Positions 57,034 to 64,000 of a stretch of DNA of 64,000 nucleotides are shown one piece after another. A model generated the notes under the pieces. That model was not told the DNA's origin. It was given only the letters and a program-made list of their open reading frames with translations, and did not search any database. Made by a program: the position numbers and the translations under genes. Each line of letters opens with the position of its first letter. The stretch's first letter is position 1. The DNA is from the human T2T-CHM13v2.0 reference genome, Homo sapiens: NCBI RefSeq assembly GCF_009914755.1, contig NC_060925.1. One strand, 5' to 3'.

Positions 57034-60000
57034 AATCATCGAATGGACTCGAATGGAATCATCTAATGGAATGGAATGGAATAATCCACGGACTCGAATG
57101 CAATCATCATTGTATAGAATCGAATGGAATCATCGAATGGACTCGAATGGAATAACCATTGAACGGAATAGAATGGAATCATCATCGGAAGGAAACGAAT
57201 GGAATCATCATCGAATGGAAATGTAAGGAGTCATCATCTAATGGAATTGCATGGAATCATCATAAAATGGAATCGAATGGAATCATCATCAAATGGAATC
57301 AAATGGAATCATTGAACGGAATTGAATGGAATCGTCATCGAATGAATTGAATGCAATCATCGAATGGTCTCGAATGGAATCATCTTCAAATGGAATGGAA
57401 TGGAATCATCGCATAGAATCGAATGGAATTATCATCGAATGGAATCGAATGGTATCAACATCAAACGGAAAAAAACGGAATTATCGAATGGAATCGAAGA
57501 GAATCTTCGAACGGACCCGAAAGGAATCATCTAATGGAATGGAATGGAATAATCCATGGACTCGAATGCAATCATCATCGAATGGAATCGAATGGAATCA
57601 TTGAATGGACTCGAATGGAATAATCATTGAACGGAATCGAATGGAATCATCATCGGATGGAAATGAATGGAATCATCATCGAATGGAATCGAATAGAATT
57701 ATGGAATGAAATCCAGTGTGATCATCATCGAATGGACCCGAATGGAATCATCATCCAACGGAAGCTAATGGAATCAACATCGAATGAATCGAATGGAAAC
57801 ACCATCGAATTGAAACGAATGGAATTATCATGAAATTGAAATGGATGGACTCATCATCGAATGGATTCGAATGGAATCATCGAATAAAATTGATTGAAAT
57901 CATCATCGAATGGAATCGAATGGTATCATTGAATGGAATCGAATGGAATCGTCATCAGATGGAAATGAATGGAATCGTCATAGAATGGAATCGAATGGAT
58001 TCATTGAATAGAATCAGATGGAATCATCGAATGGACTGGAATGGAATCATTGAATGGACTCGAAAGGGATCATTATTGAATGGAATTGAATGGAATCATC
58101 GAATGGTCTCGATTGGAATCATTATCAAATGGAATCGAATGGAATCACCGAATAGAATCGAATGGAACAATCATCGAATGGACTCAAATGGAATTATCCT
58201 CAAATGGAATCGAATGGAATTATCGAATGCAATCGAATGGAATTATCGAATGCAATCGAATAGAATCATCGAAAGGACTCGAATGGAATCATCGAATGGA
58301 ATGGAATGGAACAGTCAATGAACTCGAATGGAATCATCATTGAATGGAATCGAATGGAATCATCGAGTGGAATCGAATGGAATTATGATCAAATGGAATC
58401 GAATGTAATCATCATCAAATGGAATCAAAAATAACCATCATCAATTGGTATTGAATGGAATTGTCATCAAATGGAATTCAAAGGAATCATCATCAAATGG
58501 AACCAAATGGAAGCCTCATTGAATGGAAATGAAAGGGGTCATCATCTAATGGAATCGCATGGAATCATCATCAAATGGAATCGAATGGAATCATCATCAA
58601 ATGGAATCTAATGGAATCATTGAACAGAATTGAATGGAATCGTCATCGAATGAATTGAATGCAATCATCGAATGGTCTCGAATGGAATCATCTTCTAATG
58701 GAAAGGAATGGAATCATCGCATAGAATCGAATGGAATTATCATCGAATGGAATCGAATGGTATCAACACCAAACGGAAAAAAACGGAATTATCGAATGGA
58801 ATCGAAGAGAATCTTCGAACGGACCCGAATGGAATCATCTAATGGAATGGAACGGAATAATCCATGGACTCGAATGCAATCATCATCGAATGGAATCGAA
58901 TGGAATCATCGAATGGACTCGAATGGAATAATCATTGAACGGAATCGAATGGAATCATCATCGGATGGAAACGAATGGAATCATCATCGAATGGAAATGA
59001 AAGGAGTCATCATCTAATGGAATTGCATGGAATCATCATAAAATGGAATCGAATGGAATCAACATCAAATGGAGTCAAATGGAATAATTGAACGGAAATG
59101 AATGGAATCGTCATCGAATGAATTGAATGCAATCATCGAATGGTCTAGAATTGAATCATCTTCAAATGGAATGGAATGGAATCATCGCATAGAATCGAAT
59201 GGAAGTATCATCGAATGGAATCGAATGGAATCAACATCAAACGGAAAAAAACGGAATTATCTAATGGAATCGAAGAGAATCATCGAATGGACCCGAATGG
59301 AATCATCTAATGGAATGGAATGGAATAATCCATGGACTCGAATGCAATCATCATCGAATGGAATCGAATGGAATCATCGAATGGACTCGAATGGAATAAT
59401 CATTGAACGGAATCGAATGGAATCATCATCGGATGGAAATGAATGGAATCATCATCGAATGGAATCGAATAGAATTATGGAATGAAATCCAGTGTGATCA
59501 TCATCGAATGGACCCGAATGGAATCATCATCCAACGGAAGCTAATGGAATCAACATCGAATGAATCGAATGGAAACACCATCGAATTGAAACGAATGGAA
59601 TTATCATGAAACTGAAATGGATGGACTCATCATCGAATGGATTCGAATGGAATCATCGAATAAAATTGATTGAAATCATCATCCAATGGAATCGAATGGT
59701 ATCATTGAATGGAATCGAATGGAATCATCATCAGATGGAAATGAATGGAATCGTCATAGAATGGAATCGAATGGATTCATTGAATGGAATCAGATGGAAT
59801 CATCGAATGGACTGGAATGGAATCATTGAATGGACTCGAAAGGGATCATGATTGAATGGAATTGAATGGAATCATCGAATGGTCTCGATTGGAATCATTA
59901 ACAAATGGAATCGAATGGAATCACCGAATAGAATCGAATGGAACAATCATCGAATGGACTCAAATGGAATTATCCTCCAATGGAATCGAATGGAATTATC

Positions 60001-60438
60001 GAATGCAATCGAATGGAATTATCGAATGCAATCGAATAGAATCATCGAATGGACTCGAATGGAATCATCGAATGGAATGGAATGGAACAGTCAAGGAACT
60101 CGAATGGAATCATCATTGAATGGAATCGAATGGAATCATCGAGTGGAATCGAATGGAAATATGATCAAATGGAATCGAATATAATCATCATCAAATGGAA
60201 TCAAAAATAACCATCATTAATTGGTATTGAATGGAATTCTCATCAAATGGAATTCAAAGGAATCATCATCAAATGGAACTGAATGGAATCCTCATTGAAT
60301 GGAAATGAAAGGGGTCATCATCTAATGGAATCGCATGGAATCATCATCAAATGGAATCGAATGGAATCATCATCAAATGGAATCTGATGGAATCATTGAA
60401 CAGAATTGAATGGAATCGTCATCGAATGAATTGAATGC

Positions 60439-60732
60439 AATCATCGAATGGTCTCGAATGTAATCACATTCTAATGGAAAGGAATGGAATCATCGCATAG
60501 AATCGAATGGAATTAACATTGAATGGACTCGAATGGAATCAACATCAAACGGAATCAAGCGGAATTATCGAATGGAATCGAAGAGAATCATCGAATGGTC
60601 TCGAATGGAATCATCTTCTAATGGAAAGGAATGGAATCATCGCATAGAATCGAATGGAATTAACATTGAATGGACTCGAATGGAATCAACATCAAATGGA
60701 ATCAAGCGGAATTATCGAATGAAATCGAAGAG
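60439..60732 (+). repeat. Second instance of the 147-bp tandem duplication
   Basis: Same structure 3,699 bp downstream, including the GTAATCACATTCT variant in the first copy. Confidence 0.92.
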
Positions 60733-63700
60733 AATCATCGAATGGACTCGAATGGAATCATCTAATGGAATGGAATGGAATAATCCACGGACTCGAATGC
60801 AATCATCATTGTATAGAATCGAATGGAATCATCGAATGGACTGGAATGGAATAAACATTGAACGGAATAGAATGGAATCATCATCGGAAGGAAACGAATG
60901 GAATCATCATCGAATGGAAATGTAAGGAGTCATCATCTAATGGAATTGCATGGAATCATCATAAAATGGAATCGAATGGAATCATCATCAAATGGAATCA
61001 AATGGAATCATTGAACGGAATTGAATGGAATCGTCATCGAATGAATTGAATGCAATCATCGAATGGTCTCGAATGGAATCATCTTCAAATGGAATGGAAT
61101 GGAATCATCGCATAGAATCGAATGGAATTATCATCGAATGGAATCGAATGGTATCAACATCAAACGAAAAAAAACGGAATTATCGAATGGAATCGAAGAG
61201 AATCTTCGAACGGAACCGAAAGGAATCATCTAATGGAATGGAATGGAATAATCCATGGACTCGAATGCAATCATCATCGAATGGAATCGAATGGAATCAT
61301 TGAATGGACTCGAATGGAATAATCATTGAACGGAATCGAATGGAATCATCATCGGATGGAAATGAATGGAATCATCATCGAATGGAATCGAATAGAATTA
61401 TGGAATGAAATCCAGTGTGATCATCATCGAATGGACCCGAATGGAATCATCATCCAACGGAAGCTAATGGAATCAACATCGAATGAATCGAATGGAAACA
61501 CCATCGAATTGAAACGAATGGAATTATCATGAAATTGAAATGGATGGACTCATTATCGAATGGATTCGAATGGAATCATCGAATAAAATTGATTGAAATC
61601 ATCATCGAATGGAATCGAATGGTATCATTGAATGGAATCGAATGGAATCGTCATCAGATGGAAATGAATGGAATCGTCATAGAATGGAATCGAATGGATT
61701 CATTGAATAGAATCAGATGGAATCATCGAATGGACTGGAATGGAATCATTGAATGGACTCGAAAGGGATCATTATTGAATGGAATTGAATGGAATCATCG
61801 AATGGTCTCGATTGGAATCATTATCAAATGGAATCGAATGGAATCACCGAATAGAATTGAATGGAACAATCATCGAATGGACTCAAATGGAATTATCCTC
61901 AAATGGAATCGAATGGAATTATCGAATGCAATCGAATGGAATTATCGAATGCAATCGAATAGAATCATCGAAAGGACTCGAATGGAATCATCGAATGGAA
62001 TGGAATGGAACAGTCAATGAACTCGAATGGAATCATCATTGAATGGAATCGAATGGAATCATCGAGTGGAATCGAATGGAATTATGATCAAATGGAATCG
62101 AATGTAATCATCATCAAATGGAATCAAAAATAACCATCATCAATTGGTATTGAATGGAATTGTCATCAAATGGAATTCAAAGGAATCATCATCAAATGGA
62201 ACCGAATGGAATCCTGATTGAATGGAAATGAAAGGGGTCATCATCTAATGGAATCGCATGGAATCATCATCAAATGGAATCGAATGGAATCATCATCAAA
62301 TGGAATCTAATGGAATCATTGAAAAGAATTGAATGGAATCATCATCGAATGAATTGAATGCAATCATCGAAAGGTCTCGAATGGAATCATCTTCTAATGG
62401 AAAGGAATGGAATCATCGCATAGAATCGAATGGAATTATCATCGAATGGAATCGAATGGTATCAACACCAAACGGAAAAAAACGGAATTATCGAATGGAA
62501 TCGAAGAGAATCTTCGAACGGACCCGAATTTAATGATCTAATGGAATGGAATGGAATAATCCATGGACTCGAATGCAATCATCATCGAATGGAATCGAAT
62601 GGAATCATCGAATGGACTCGAATGGAATAATCATTGAACGGAATCGAATGGAATCATCATCGGATGGAAACGAATGGAATCATCATCCAATGGAAATGAA
62701 AGGAGTCATCATCTAATGGAATTGCATGGAATCATCATAAAATGGAATCGAATGGAATCAACATCAAATGGAATCAAATGGAATAATTGAACGGAATTGA
62801 ATGGAATTGTCATCGAATGAATTGAATGCAATCATCGAATGGTCTAGAATTGAATCATCTTCAAATGGAATGGAATGGAATCATCGCATAGAATCGAATG
62901 GAAGTATCATCGAATGGAATCGAATGGAATCAACATCAAACGGAAAAAAACGGAATTATCGAATGGAATCGAAGAGAATCATCGAATGGACCCGAATGGA
63001 ATCATCTAATGGAATGGAATGGAATAATCCATGGACTCGAATGCAATCATCATCGAATGGAATCGAATGGAATCATCGAATGGACTCGAATGGAATAATC
63101 ATTGAACGGAATCGAATGGAATCATCATCGGATGGAAATGAATGGAATCATCATCGAATGGAATCGAATAGAATTATGGAATGAAATCCAGTGTGATCAT
63201 CATCGAATGGACCCGAATGGAATCATCATCCAACGGAAGCTAATGGAATCAACATCGAATGAATCGAATGGAAATACCATCGAATTGAAACGAATGGAAT
63301 TATCATGAAATTCAAATGGATGGACTCATCATCGAATGGATTCGAATGGAATCATTGAATAAAATTGATTGAAATCATCATCCAATGGAATCGAATGGTA
63401 TCATTGAATGGAATCGAATGGAATCATCATCAGATGGAAATGAATGCAATCGTCATAGAATGGAATCGAATGGATTCATTGAATGGAATCAGATGGAATC
63501 ATCGAATGGACTGGAATGGAATCATTGAATGGACTCGAAAGGGATCATGATTGAATGGAATTGAATGGAATCATCGAATGGTCTCGATTGGAATCATTAA
63601 CAAATGGAATCGAATGGAATCACCGAATAGAATCGAATGGAACAATCATCGAATGGACTCAAATGGAATTATCCTCCAATGGAATCGAATGGAATTATCG

Positions 63701-64000
63701 AATGCAATCGAATGGAATTATCGAATGCAATCGAATAGAATCATCGAATGGACTCGAATGGAATCATCGAATGGAATGGAATGGAACAGTCAAGGAACTC
63801 GAATGGAATCATCATTGAATGGAATCGAATGGAATCATCGAGTGGAATCGAATGGAAATATGATCAAATGGAATCGAATATAATCATCATCAAATGGAAT
63901 CAAAAATAACCATCATTAATTGGTATTGAATGGAATTCTCATCAAATGGAATTCAAAGGAATCATCATCAAATGGAACTGAATGGAATCCTCATTGAATG

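Larger units (their letters stand above)
1..64000 (+). repeat. Human Satellite II (HSat2/HSATII) pericentromeric tandem array; ~1.776-kb period consistent with the chr1q12 HSat2A2 / 1.77-kb EcoRI satellite
   Basis: The entire window consists of diverged GAATG/GAATC pentamers with ATC triplets (e.g. GAATGGAATCATCATCGAATGGAATC; reverse strand CATTCGATGATGATTCCATTCG) and is very rich in TCGA (TaqI), which is diagnostic of HSat2 rather than HSat3. The monomer marker recurs at 1155, 2931, 4697, 6941, 8716, 11427, 13202, 14977, 17688, 19463, 21238, 23949, 25724, 27500, 29275, 31051, 32826, 34602, 36377, 38152, 39928, 41704, 43479, 45255, 47030, 48805, 50580, 52356, 54131, 55907, 57830, 59606, 61529 and 63305, mostly 1,775-1,776 bp apart. 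The family call is very secure; the chromosome and subfamily call is less so. Confidence 0.97.
54090..64000 (+). repeat. 3,699-bp dimeric higher-order repeat (1,776 + 1,923), ~2.7 copies, running off the window end
   Basis: Offsets 54131/57830/61529, 55907/59606/63305 and 56834/60533. Alternating variant sets: CGAAAGGACTC and AACACCAAAC versus GTCAAGGAAC, CATTAATTGG and GGAACTGAATGG. Confidence 0.9.

Noticed and set aside
150-63883. Numerous + strand ORFs (60-163 aa; MESSSNGIEWNHR-like)
   Set aside because: They are low-complexity translations of the GAATG/GAATC/ATC repeat in overlapping frames. They recur with the repeat period and are freely broken by stops and 1-bp indels, with no recognisable domain.
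1-64000. CRISPR-like or other prokaryotic repeat-spacer system
   Set aside because: There are no unique spacers, no cas or other genes, and no leader. All sequence derives from the satellite subunit.
1-64000. HSat3, alpha satellite or telomeric repeat
   Set aside because: There are no long (GGAAT)n tracts, no 171-bp monomer or CENP-B box, and no TTAGGG. ATC-interrupted, TaqI-rich subunits indicate HSat2.

Overview
The whole 64 kb window is an uninterrupted, single-orientation array of classical human Satellite II (HSat2/HSATII), with GAATG/GAATC/ATC on the + strand. It is built from 23- and 26-bp subunits assembled into a ~1,776-bp monomer that normally carries one EcoRI site. This matches the 1.77-kb EcoRI satellite of the chromosome 1q12 heterochromatin block (HSat2A2-like); the chromosome assignment is inferred from the period. 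I see no credible genes, RNA genes, transposons or CRISPR arrays, and all listed ORFs are translations of the satellite. The informative signal is nested architecture. Using a unique marker (ATGAAATTG(A/T)AATGGATGG) I count 34 monomers. Each is two diverged 468-bp modules (A1, A2) plus a ~840-bp block (B), with length variants of 1,766, 1,775, 1,776, 1,923, 2,244 and 2,711 bp. These are organised into successive local higher-order repeats with periods of ~5,786, 6,261, ~7,102 and 3,699 bp, plus mosaic or conversion-like patches. I find no evidence of a new protein-coding system; the findings concern satellite evolution and possible transcription-factor site turnover.
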